Shown piece after piece: positions 8,949-18,400 of a DNA stretch of 64,000 nt (its first letter is position 1; each line of letters starts with the position of its first letter). The notes below the pieces were generated by a model. That model was given only the letters and a program-made list of their open reading frames with translations. It ran no database searches and had not been told where the DNA came from. The stretch is taken from positions 1 through 64,000 of IMG/VR virus record IMGVR_UViG_3300034410_000480. The stretch is one strand, 5' to 3'. A program made the translations under genes and the position numbers. Origin of the DNA: a virus (lineage: Duplodnaviria; Caudoviricetes).

Positions 8949-9221
8949 ATGATAGATTACAAATTTAACGAAAAAACCTATATTGATGAATTTCAAACAT
9001 ATATTGATAGTACATATCAAGGACATTATGCTACTAATAAATTTCAATCAACTGAAGTAATTATTGAAAGGGGACATGGTACTGGATTCTGTATGGGCAA
9101 TGTTGACAAGTACTCTAATCGATATGGTAAAAAAGGTTCTAAGGATGATGCAAGAAAAGACCTAATGAAAGTCTTGCACTATGCACTTATTCAGTTGTAT
9201 ATACACGACAACGATCTTTAG
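8949..9221 (+). CDS. DUF3310 / SaV-like (T7 gp1.7-related) small protein
   Basis: HY....Q..EVI.....GFCMGNVDKYSNRYGKKG....DLMK..HY pattern. Confidence 0.7.
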   Translation: MIDYKFNEKTYIDEFQTYIDSTYQGHYATNKFQSTEVIIERGHGTGFCMGNVDKYSNRYGKKGSKDDARKDLMKVLHYALIQLYIHDNDL

Positions 9222-9976
9222 CCTATTGTAAAAGAATAACCTGTACCACCTGCTACTGCTAGTGCTACTTCTTGTTCCAATTTATCTAATTCGCCTTGAG
9301 CTTCTGCTTTTAGTGCATCACCGTTAAGTGTTGATCCGCCTTGTGGTCCAGCAATAGTAGCAAATTTACTACGTGCTTCACCTAACATATATTTGCATGT
9401 AGCAAGTGTATAACTTTTAATCCATTGTATTGACATGTAATCGTCTATAAGCTGCTCATCGCCTCTATAATTATAAACATACAACATTAGATTTTCTTGT
9501 GCTCTAGGACGTTGTAAGATTGTTAATTTTTTAGATTGAGAATTCCATTTAAATTCAATAAAAGACCCGAACATACGTCCAACTAGCTCTTGATATTGAC
9601 TAAACATATCGTATGTTGCTAATCCGCCCATATTAGAACTTGCTAAAAGATAGGTATTAGTATAAGCCATATTAAATGGTTCAAATAATGTACCACCATC
9701 ACCGCCGCCTGTACGTGAACCAATTGAACGTCTAAAGATTTGACGCACTTCTACCACTTCTTGGGGTAATATGTATTCGTTCTGATCTTTAACAGTAGGT
9801 AGAAACATGTAAGACTCTTCAACAGAATGATCACTACGCTGTCTAAAACGTGTTAATGCAGTTTTTAGTGCAGTTTCATAATGTATTGGATCGAGTTCTA
9901 CATCAACCATGCCTCCACCTAACATAGCGTAAACATAATCATATATCTCTTTTTTCTTAGTTGTAATTGAGGCCAT
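9218..9976 (-). CDS. Neck protein (T4 gp13-like); start revised to ATG 9976
   Basis: LGGGMVDVELD...EYILP.EV.EVR...WIK.Y.LA.CK..LGE.R.KF..I.GP.GG..LNG; SD GGAG and late box lie upstream of MASITT. Confidence 0.85.
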   Translation of the reverse strand: MASITTKKKEIYDYVYAMLGGGMVDVELDPIHYETALKTALTRFRQRSDHSVEESYMFLPTVKDQNEYILPQEVVEVRQIFRRSIGSRTGGGDGGTLFEPFNMAYTNTYLLASSNMGGLATYDMFSQYQELVGRMFGSFIEFKWNSQSKKLTILQRPRAQENLMLYVYNYRGDEQLIDDYMSIQWIKSYTLATCKYMLGEARSKFATIAGPQGGSTLNGDALKAEAQGELDKLEQEVALAVAGGTGYSFTIG

Positions 9977-9993
9977 AAATATTCTCCACATTG

Positions 9994-10013
9994 TATTTAT
10001 CTTACGCTAAATA
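9994..10013. promoter_or_regulatory. Back-to-back late promoters (GATAAATA on minus, GCTAAATA on plus)
   Basis: tatttatc at 9994-10001 and gctaaata at 10006-10013; the plus box is 5 nt from ATG 10019. Confidence 0.75.
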
Positions 10014-10018
10014 TACAT

Positions 10019-11164
10019 ATGCCAAGAATAAGTTTATACAAACCAGAAAAAGGCAAGGATTTTTACTTCCTTGATAACACTATCGGAGAAATGTTTACCG
10101 TTGGTGGAACTGATGTTCATGTACACAAATACATAGGACCAGAAAATACATCAGAGGAAGCAAGTACAGCTGATAGACCTCAATATGATGCTGTTAAAGA
10201 AACTAATATTCAAGACTTGTTATTTTTAGAAAATAGAGATAGAAAGTACGATCCTGATGTATACAGTATTAGAGGCATTTATAATGTACAAGACATAGAT
10301 TTTGATCTAAGTCAATTTGGTTTATTTTTACAAAACGATACATTGTTTATGACTGTGCATATTTCTAGCAGTGTAAAGTCAATTGGTCGAAAACTTATGT
10401 CAGGTGATGTTATTGAATTACCTCATCTAAAAGATGAATATGCACTCAATGATTTTGATGTAGCATTGAAGAGATTCTATGTCATAGACGAAGTAAGTAG
10501 AGCTGCTGAAGGTTTTTCTCAGACTTGGTATCCGCATTTATATAGATTAAAATTAAAACAAATTTATGACGGACAAGAATTTAAAGAAATATTGGATCTT
10601 CCAGCAAGTGAAGATAGTGATAACACTTTACGTGATGTTTTAAGTACGTTCGAAAAAGAAATGCAAATAAATGAAGCAGTCGTACAACAAGCTGAAGCAG
10701 ATAGTCCACTTAGTGGTTATGAAACAAGTCATTTATATACTAGAAAAGTTGCAGAAGATGGCACAAATGTAATTGAACAAAGTTTTCCATCTGATGTACC
10801 TGAAGTAGTTTCTGAGCGTATTACAGAAGAAGGTGTTAAAGACGACTATGACGGATACCTTATAGGTGATGGTCTAGCACCTGATGGAGAAACGTTTGGG
10901 TTTGGTATTAATTTTCCATTAAATGCTGCTACCGGAGATTATTTTTTGCGCAATGACTTTTTACCAAATAAACTGTTTAGATATAATGGATCTAAATGGG
11001 TTAGACAAGAAGATAGTGTACGAATGACATTATCAAACACTAATTTGCGTCAAACACAAAAAACATCATTTATTAACAACACAAATACAAGTACAATAGG
11101 TGGCGATGTTATAGAAGAAAGACAATCACTAAGTAAAGCACTTAGACCTAAGGCGGACAATTAA
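10019..11164 (+). CDS. Neck protein (T4 gp14-like)
   Basis: DLLFLENRDRKY...DLSQFGLFL...GDVIELP pattern; lies between the gp13-like and gp15-like genes. Confidence 0.7.
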   Translation: MPRISLYKPEKGKDFYFLDNTIGEMFTVGGTDVHVHKYIGPENTSEEASTADRPQYDAVKETNIQDLLFLENRDRKYDPDVYSIRGIYNVQDIDFDLSQFGLFLQNDTLFMTVHISSSVKSIGRKLMSGDVIELPHLKDEYALNDFDVALKRFYVIDEVSRAAEGFSQTWYPHLYRLKLKQIYDGQEFKEILDLPASEDSDNTLRDVLSTFEKEMQINEAVVQQAEADSPLSGYETSHLYTRKVAEDGTNVIEQSFPSDVPEVVSERITEEGVKDDYDGYLIGDGLAPDGETFGFGINFPLNAATGDYFLRNDFLPNKLFRYNGSKWVRQEDSVRMTLSNTNLRQTQKTSFINNTNTSTIGGDVIEERQSLSKALRPKADN

Positions 11165-12588
11165 TGCAGCATTTTTATGACGGACAAATAAGACGTTATC
11201 TTACACAAATTATTCGTTTAATGAGTAATTTTCAATATCAAGATAACAAAGGACAGTTTACAAGTATTCCTGTCATGTACGGCGATATGACTAGACAAGT
11301 ATCTAGCCTGTTAAGAGACAATTCAGAAAATAAAGTACCTAGTGCGCCTAGAATGGCTGTATATATTACCGGTCTTGAAATGGATAGATCAAGAACAAGT
11401 GATCAAAGCTATGTTAGTAAAGTAAATGTACGTGAAAGAGAATACGATCCTGCTACAAATACTTACGGAGATGAGCAAGGAAATGCATATACTGTAGAAC
11501 GCATTATGCCTGTACCTTATATACTAAGTGTAAACGTCGATATTTGGAGTACAAATACTGATCAAAAATTACAAATAATGGAGCAAATATTATGTTTGTT
11601 TAATCCAAGTTTAGAGATACAAACTACTGATAACTACGTAGATTGGACAAGTTTAAGTGTAGTGCATTTAGAAAATATTAACTGGAGTAATAGATCTATA
11701 CCTGTAGGAATAGATAGTGAAATAGATGTAGGTTCTATTAGCTTTACAACTCCGGTGTTTATTAGCCCGCCTGCTAAAGTTAAAAGACTCGGTGTAATTA
11801 CAAATATTATTACAAGTATATTTAATGAAGAAGCAGGAGTTATTGATTTCGGTGAAGCACGACCTACGTTAGATTCTTATCAAAACAATCCGTTAGCTGC
11901 AACAAGCGAAAATAGGAACGGGGAAGATCGTAAAGCTATAAGAGGCGATACTGATGCCATGGCAAATGTAAATTATAATAATTACAATATTGTTGTACTA
12001 AACAATACTGCTTTAATAGTAGAAGGAGCAACAGTAGGCGAAATAGATTGGCAACCTATGTTTGAACAATTTGCAGGTCCATATAGAGCAGGAATTAGTA
12101 AACTATTTTTACGTAGATCTGATATAGATGGTGATGTAGTTGCAACTTTTACATTAGATGCAACAAATACCAAACGTTTAATATTAGATTTTGACGAAGA
12201 TACAGTTCCTACAGATAGTATCATTACTAGTCCACTGCAAACTAAGTCAAAAATAGACTATATTATAGATCCTTCAAATTATGATCCAACAGCAATCAAA
12301 TCAAGTGGCGTTAGATTATTACTTTTATCAGCAATAGGACCTCATACAGGAGGTGAAGGGCCAAGTGCATGGCAAAATACGGATAGCTCTTATCTTACTG
12401 CAAATGCAAACGATATTGTTGAATGGAACGGATCGAGCTGGAGTGTTGTTTTTGACTCTACTACAACATCTGAACTAACATATACCTCAAACTTAAATAC
12501 TGGTGTTCAATACAAGTATAACGGAGTAGAATGGGTTAAATCCTTTGAAGGAGAATACCAGGTTGGCACCTGGAGAATTGTACTTTAA
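11164..12588 (+). CDS. Tail sheath stabiliser / terminator (T4 gp15-like) with C-terminal extension
   Basis: HFYDGQIRRY...IPVMYG...PRMA...MPVPY.L...IW.....QIMEQIL..FNP. Confidence 0.85.
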   Translation: MQHFYDGQIRRYLTQIIRLMSNFQYQDNKGQFTSIPVMYGDMTRQVSSLLRDNSENKVPSAPRMAVYITGLEMDRSRTSDQSYVSKVNVREREYDPATNTYGDEQGNAYTVERIMPVPYILSVNVDIWSTNTDQKLQIMEQILCLFNPSLEIQTTDNYVDWTSLSVVHLENINWSNRSIPVGIDSEIDVGSISFTTPVFISPPAKVKRLGVITNIITSIFNEEAGVIDFGEARPTLDSYQNNPLAATSENRNGEDRKAIRGDTDAMANVNYNNYNIVVLNNTALIVEGATVGEIDWQPMFEQFAGPYRAGISKLFLRRSDIDGDVVATFTLDATNTKRLILDFDEDTVPTDSIITSPLQTKSKIDYIIDPSNYDPTAIKSSGVRLLLLSAIGPHTGGEGPSAWQNTDSSYLTANANDIVEWNGSSWSVVFDSTTTSELTYTSNLNTGVQYKYNGVEWVKSFEGEYQVGTWRIVL

Positions 12589-12600
12589 AATATATACTAT

Positions 12601-13044
12601 ATGAAAGCAGATATAGTATGTAGCGGAGCCTTAATTTTTGCCAAAGAAACAGAAAGATTTTTACTTTTGCATAGAGCAAATGGTAAAAAGAACAATCTTT
12701 GGGGACTAGTAGGTGGCGGTAATGAAGCTGGAGAAACACCGTTTGAAGGCTTAAAACGTGAAATAATAGAAGAAATAGGCGAAATGCCAAATATAAGGAA
12801 AACTATTCCTTTAGAAAGTTTTGTTAGTAATGACGAACATTTTCATTTTCACACCTATTTGTGCGTAATAAATGAAGAATTTATACCTAATTTAAACAGT
12901 GAACATGATGGTTATGCATGGGTATCTTTTGGTATGTGGCCTAAGCCATTACACCATGGCCTTAGAAATACACTTCAAAGTAAAGTAAACCAAACAAAAT
13001 TACGCACTGTATTTCAAGTAATATCTTTACTTGACGAATCTTAA
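12601..13044 (+). CDS. NUDIX hydrolase
   Basis: Nudix box G-GNEAG-E-TPFEGLK-REIIEEIG; downstream LNSEHDGYAWV. Confidence 0.92.
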   Translation: MKADIVCSGALIFAKETERFLLLHRANGKKNNLWGLVGGGNEAGETPFEGLKREIIEEIGEMPNIRKTIPLESFVSNDEHFHFHTYLCVINEEFIPNLNSEHDGYAWVSFGMWPKPLHHGLRNTLQSKVNQTKLRTVFQVISLLDES

Positions 13045-13059
13045 TAAGAATGTTATAAT
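13031..13059 (+). promoter_or_regulatory. Near-consensus sigma70 promoter for the hldE-hldD-cupin cassette (leaderless)
   Basis: TTGACG(13031)-17 nt-TATAAT(13054) with TGn extension; ATG lies 5 nt downstream at 13065 with no SD. Confidence 0.85.
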
Positions 13060-13064
13060 TAACC

Positions 13065-14228
13065 ATGTCAAAAGTATTAGTTTTAGGTGATGTTATAATC
13101 GACAAATATGTTTATGGTACTAGTTCTCGAATTAGTCCAGAAGCACCTGTTCCTGTAATTACATATTCAGAAGAAAAAGAGACATTAGGTGGTGCAGGAC
13201 TTGTTTACGAAAATCTTAAAAGCCTAGGTGTAGATGTTACATTGTTCGAGACCGGTCAGCCGCACAGTATAAAGACACGCATTATATGTGACGGGCATTA
13301 TATTACACGAATAGACAATGATAAAGATGCAAAATCAAATGTAGTATTAGATGAAGTATTATGTAGTAATTTTTCAGAATATGATTATGTAATATTGAGC
13401 GATTATGACAAAGGTGCACTAGACAATGCAAAACAAATTATTGCACACATTAACAGTCAAGGTCCTAAAGTAATTGTAGACCCAAAACGATATGCACACG
13501 AGTACGAAGGTGCTTGGCTAGTAAAGCCCAACAACAGTGAATATACCAAGTTTGAGTTTGACGAATGGCAAGGCAACATTATTACCACAGACGCAGGTCA
13601 CAGTGTAAGTGCTACAATAGACGATATTGAATATACAATTCCTGTAGAACCAGTAGAAGTATCAGATGTTACTGGAGCTGGAGATTGTTTTATGGCTGCA
13701 TTTGTATACGGGTTAACAAAAAATTATGATTACAAAAAATGTTTAAAACTAGCAGTGTTAGGATCTACTGAAAGTGTAAAACATAGTGGTACATACATAC
13801 TAAAAGAAACAGATTTACAAAAACGTATAATTTTTACAAATGGCTGTTTTGATATTCTACACAAAGGCCATTTAACATTGTTAAAAAAGGCACGTAGTTT
13901 AGGAGATAAATTAATTGTAGGTTTAAACACTGATAACAGTGTTAAGAAACTAAAAGGTCCTAGTCGTCCAATAAATGATGAGCAAACAAGACTAGAACAA
14001 TTAGAAATTTTAGACTGGGTAGATGAAGTTATATTGTTTGATGACAAAACTCCATATAATTTAATAAAAAATCTAAAACCCGACCTTATTGTAAAGGGCG
14101 GAGACTACAAGGTTGACGAAATTGTAGGGCATGATTTAGCACCTGTGCATATTATACCTACTGTTCAAGGATATTCAACTACAAATATTATAGAGAATAC
14201 AAATGAAAATACTAATTACAGGCTATAA
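13065..14228 (+). CDS. hldE: Bifunctional heptose-7-phosphate kinase / heptose-1-phosphate adenylyltransferase
   Basis: VLGDVIIDKY..G...RISPEAPVPV, GGAG, LSDYDKG, VDPK, KPN, DVTGAGD (PfkB kinase), then FTNGCFDILHKGH...GDKLIVGLNTD...KGGDY (nucleotidyltransferase). Confidence 0.95.
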   Translation: MSKVLVLGDVIIDKYVYGTSSRISPEAPVPVITYSEEKETLGGAGLVYENLKSLGVDVTLFETGQPHSIKTRIICDGHYITRIDNDKDAKSNVVLDEVLCSNFSEYDYVILSDYDKGALDNAKQIIAHINSQGPKVIVDPKRYAHEYEGAWLVKPNNSEYTKFEFDEWQGNIITTDAGHSVSATIDDIEYTIPVEPVEVSDVTGAGDCFMAAFVYGLTKNYDYKKCLKLAVLGSTESVKHSGTYILKETDLQKRIIFTNGCFDILHKGHLTLLKKARSLGDKLIVGLNTDNSVKKLKGPSRPINDEQTRLEQLEILDWVDEVILFDDKTPYNLIKNLKPDLIVKGGDYKVDEIVGHDLAPVHIIPTVQGYSTTNIIENTNENTNYRL

Positions 14229-15033
14229 AGGATTTATAGCACAAAATTTAGGTAGATATTTACATTCACAAGGCCATGAAGTAGAAGGCTTTGACTGGAT
14301 TACAAATACCTTACCGGCTGTTGATTTTTACGATCAAATTATTCATCTAGGTGCAATTAGTGAAACAACTTGTACTGACGTTGAAGCAGTGATGGAGCAA
14401 AATTTAGACTTTTCTACAAGGTTGTTAGGACTATGCGAAAATTACGGAACAAATTTAATGTATGCTTCTAGTGCAAGTGTATATGGTCCTTTGAAAGACT
14501 GTAAAGAAACATCACCCTGTTTACCTAAATCGCCCTATGCATGGTCGAAATACCTGTTTGATAGAATTGTTACTTCAGCAGATGTATCCGAGTTTGGGTG
14601 TAGGGTACAAGGTTTTAGGTATTTTAATGTTTTTGGTGAGTATGAAGACCATAAAGGATCGCAGGCTAGTATTTTTCACCAATTTCGTAAACAAGCATTT
14701 AATGGATCTATACAACCTTTTCAAAATTCTGACAATTATTACCGTGATTTTATATATGTTGGTGATATTTGTAAAATTACCGAAAAATTCTTAGATATTG
14801 ACGAAAGTGGTATATGGAATATAGGTAGTGGTCATGCAGAAAGTATCGGCGCAGTGGCAAAATTCATGTCCGAGCGCATGGGAGTACCTATAAAAGAAGT
14901 AGAAATGCCAACATCACTGCATGGTCAGTACCAAGAATACACTTGCAGTGACAATACTAAACTTTTAAACACAATTGGTGACTTTAAATTCACTACACCT
15001 TATGAATGGATGGAAAATGGTAACAAGACTTGA
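14203..15033 (+). CDS. hldD: ADP-L-glycero-D-manno-heptose 6-epimerase-like extended SDR
   Basis: ITGYKGFIA Rossmann motif, HLGAIS.T, YASSASVYG, YAWSK (YxxxK), FRYFNVFG..EDHKGSQAS (HldD has FRYFNVYG..E.HKGSMAS), RDFIYVGD, YQEYT. Confidence 0.9.
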   Translation: MKILITGYKGFIAQNLGRYLHSQGHEVEGFDWITNTLPAVDFYDQIIHLGAISETTCTDVEAVMEQNLDFSTRLLGLCENYGTNLMYASSASVYGPLKDCKETSPCLPKSPYAWSKYLFDRIVTSADVSEFGCRVQGFRYFNVFGEYEDHKGSQASIFHQFRKQAFNGSIQPFQNSDNYYRDFIYVGDICKITEKFLDIDESGIWNIGSGHAESIGAVAKFMSERMGVPIKEVEMPTSLHGQYQEYTCSDNTKLLNTIGDFKFTTPYEWMENGNKT

Positions 15034-15415
15034 AGGAAAAGTAGAAAAAGGATGGGGTTTTGAACTAATCTGGGCTACAAATGAAAAATATTGTGGTAAA
15101 ATCATGGTTTTTGAGAAGGTTGGTGCTAAATTCTCTATGCATTTTCACAAAGAGAAGGACGAAACATGGTTTGTTAATAACGGCCGCTTTATTGTTCGCT
15201 GGATTGACACAAAAACTGCAAAAATGAATATGCAAGAGCTTAAAGAAGGCGATGTCTGGCATAATCCGCCTTTACAACCACACCAACTTGAATGTATACA
15301 AGCAGGAAGTTCAATTACCGAAGTATCAACTCCAGATTCTGTTGAAGATAACTATAGAGTGTTTCCAGGAGATAGCCAAACTGCTACGCCTGAGCTTCTC
15401 CCCACTTCAGAATAA
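15017..15415 (+). CDS. Cupin-fold sugar-phosphate isomerase-like protein; probable start 15017
   Basis: VEKGWGFELIW...YCGKI...SMHFHKEKDETW...PLQPHQL...EVSTPD..EDNYR; HxHxxxxE...H metal site. Confidence 0.8.
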   Translation: MVTRLEGKVEKGWGFELIWATNEKYCGKIMVFEKVGAKFSMHFHKEKDETWFVNNGRFIVRWIDTKTAKMNMQELKEGDVWHNPPLQPHQLECIQAGSSITEVSTPDSVEDNYRVFPGDSQTATPELLPTSE

Positions 15416-18400
15416 CATTTCCTTCAATTGGTGCACCACTTGTCTTACGTATATTAATAGCTAACACGTCAGGACCGTTTGGAAACGTTCCTCTACCACC
15501 TAAACTTGTGTTTGTAAGTTCTTTAATCGGTGAAAGATCTAGTTCTGAACGTTCTCCCGGAACAGCAATAAACTTAAAGATAGTTTCTCCAGGTTTGGCA
15601 AAAGCTGCCGCAGTAAGATCAAATGTAACACTGTCTCCTGCGGTAAAGGAAGCAAACGAGGCCTGGTTAAGTGTAACTTTTGAATAAAGAGTACCACCTA
15701 GTTCAATTGATTCTACGCTAGATACAATTGTACCAGCAGGGAAGTTTGTATCACTTACTGCAACAGGAGTACCAGTTGTTGCACCTGTAGCTAAAAAGTT
15801 TGATTCTGTGAATAATAATGTTGTCGTTACTCCATCAGGTGCAGGATATGTAAGCGTTGCTGTAAAGCCATAAGCATAACCTCTTTGTAGCCTTTGGTTT
15901 AAATTAAGTCTATCAGCTCGTTGGTAGCCGCTACCAAACCATATGTTTTGGTTGTTTCGATTTACACTATTTATAATAGTATTATTTCTAAACACTGATT
16001 GGCCATTGCTGTTATTACCAGTTATAACCATACCCGATTCAATAGGCGTGACAGGAGATGATAGTATATAGACATAATTGTTATTTTGGCTATATGCTGA
16101 GGTAGTTGCTGTAAGTGTGATACCTGCTGCTACAGTAAGAGCACTTTCTGTAACAGCAGCTCCAACACCCCAGTTAATACCAGCACCTGCAACAACTTGA
16201 GCAAATGATGGCTGCCCGCCTTCAGCTTGTGTATTCAAGGATACCCATTGTACGTCACCAGGTGCGTCTGGATAGTTTTGAGGATTTAGTACGCCTTCAA
16301 CAATAATACCACCTGAGTCTGCAGAAGCTAAAGGATCTGATGTAACCTCAATACCGTTTAGAAGTAACTGTGCTCTGTTAAGAAGCTCTCTATCTCCTAA
16401 GTCTCCGGTAATAGCATTAGAAACACTAGGTGCTAGCCTAATTAGGAATGCAGTTTGTCTTACGGTAGAAATTTCAACTCCAGTAGATGCATAACTAAAG
16501 ATATATCCACGATCTTCGTCAAAGCCGCCGTCTGTAATAAACGCTGACCCCCAGTGACTAATAATAGGTGTAATTGTGTTACTAATTATAATAACACCTG
16601 TTCTTCTAGTATGTGCTGCTGAAGGGCCTGCTGTATAGGTACGTTGGGCGCCTGCTTGAAAATTAATTAAGTTTGTTCCTCTTGTACATCCAGTAAGATT
16701 ATTACCATCAATACCTGTGTATGTTATAATTTCATTATCGATATAAACTGTAGCACCTAAAGCTGGAAAGAAAGAAGCATCTTCTAAAGGTAAAGTTGTT
16801 TGTTGATTATCTATTCCGTCTGCTAGTTTTCCGTTTGGTCCCTCATTTGTTACTTCATAACGCACCGGTAAGTTACCAGATCTCATAAACGCTTCTGTAT
16901 TAATGTTTGAATTACGCATTCTGTGTGTAAAAATAAAGTTACCATCGGCTCCACGTATCATATAATCTATAAATCCAGCACCATACCAACTATACTGAAT
17001 ACCAATCATTTGCATTTTTGATATATCAACATCGTATGCACTTTGACCAGTGCCATCAACTTTATCTAAATTGAAATCTTTTTGTTTTACTTTTTTATCT
17101 TTAACTAAACATAATTTTGCATTTACTGCTGGTCTAACACCTCTATAATCAGGTGTTAAAGACATTTGAGTTTGACTATCAATTTGACTTACTACATGTG
17201 TCATGCCTTTTAGTACAACTCTATCACCTGCTTTAAGCTGGTCTTTAAATCTTGTATTTGATCCTGTAACTAGATTTTTATCAGGATTGACTGATACTAA
17301 TCCTGCAACTTGGAATGTACTACTCCTTTGCACAACGTTTAGGTTAGAACCGTCATACTCCCAAAAGATTCCGTTTTGATCATCATAGGCTCCTGCTCTA
17401 ACAGTTGCACCGTGCCACGTTTTAATACTAACTTGACAGCTGTCACTTAATGTAGGCAATCTTGAACCTAATTGTGTTTGTGCAGTTATTTTAAACACTC
17501 TTTCATTAACAACATCTGTCACAGTATACAAACCATCATATCCAGCAGTTTCGACTCCTAATATTTCTATGCCGCCTCCTACTTGTAATCCGTGATCAGC
17601 GTCATCAATTTCTACTGTAATTAACGATCCAATAGTAGCATCTGTTGCTGACATGTTTAAAATATCGTAACTAGGTGCAAAAAGTGCACCAGTTGTATAC
17701 ATAATACCTTTACCTGACTGATAACGGATATAGTTTTTACTTTGACGTATTGCTTGAGCACCGTGTTGTGGACCACCGGTTCCTAATTGAACACCGCCGT
17801 CATACGGTCTATGAACAAAAAAGCTGTCTGGTCTTAAATAAACAGCGCCAGTAACTGGGTCGGCATTTGCAATACCTGTGTCAATTGTACCTGCTGTTCT
17901 AGCCTGATATGATAATCTAGTAGACGTAGGTATACTTGTTGCAATAAACGATCCAGCAGCTAATGCATGTTCGTTACTTCCGTCATCGCTTGTTATTGTA
18001 GAAATAACAGTTGCACCTGGAACAATACCATGCGGTCCATCAAAGTCTATTTCAATTGTTGCAAGTTGTTCAAACGCAACATTTACTGCTGCTGCTAATG
18101 GAGCAGTTAATACTTCAGTCATTGTAACAGTGCTGTAAAATTCTAATGCAGCAGATGATGTAACTGTTCCACTAGTACTTACATTAGTGATTCCGCCTGT
18201 CCCGTCTATACTTTCCACTACAATTGTTACATCGTTTGTGCCGCCATCGCCGCCTACATCGCTACCTGGAACAACTAATGTATTACCTACTAGATATCCG
18301 GTACCAGCATTGTTTGGAATAACTACGTAATTTGATACAGTTCGCTGGATATCAAAAGTTGCACTATTACCATTAAATTGTGCATAGGCAGGTGCTACCG

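Noticed and set aside
13065-15415. hldE/hldD as host chromosome contamination or a chimeric join
   Set aside because: Similar base composition, overlap with phage genes at both ends (promoter within the NUDIX 3' end, cupin overlapping the tail gene), and no other cellular genes.
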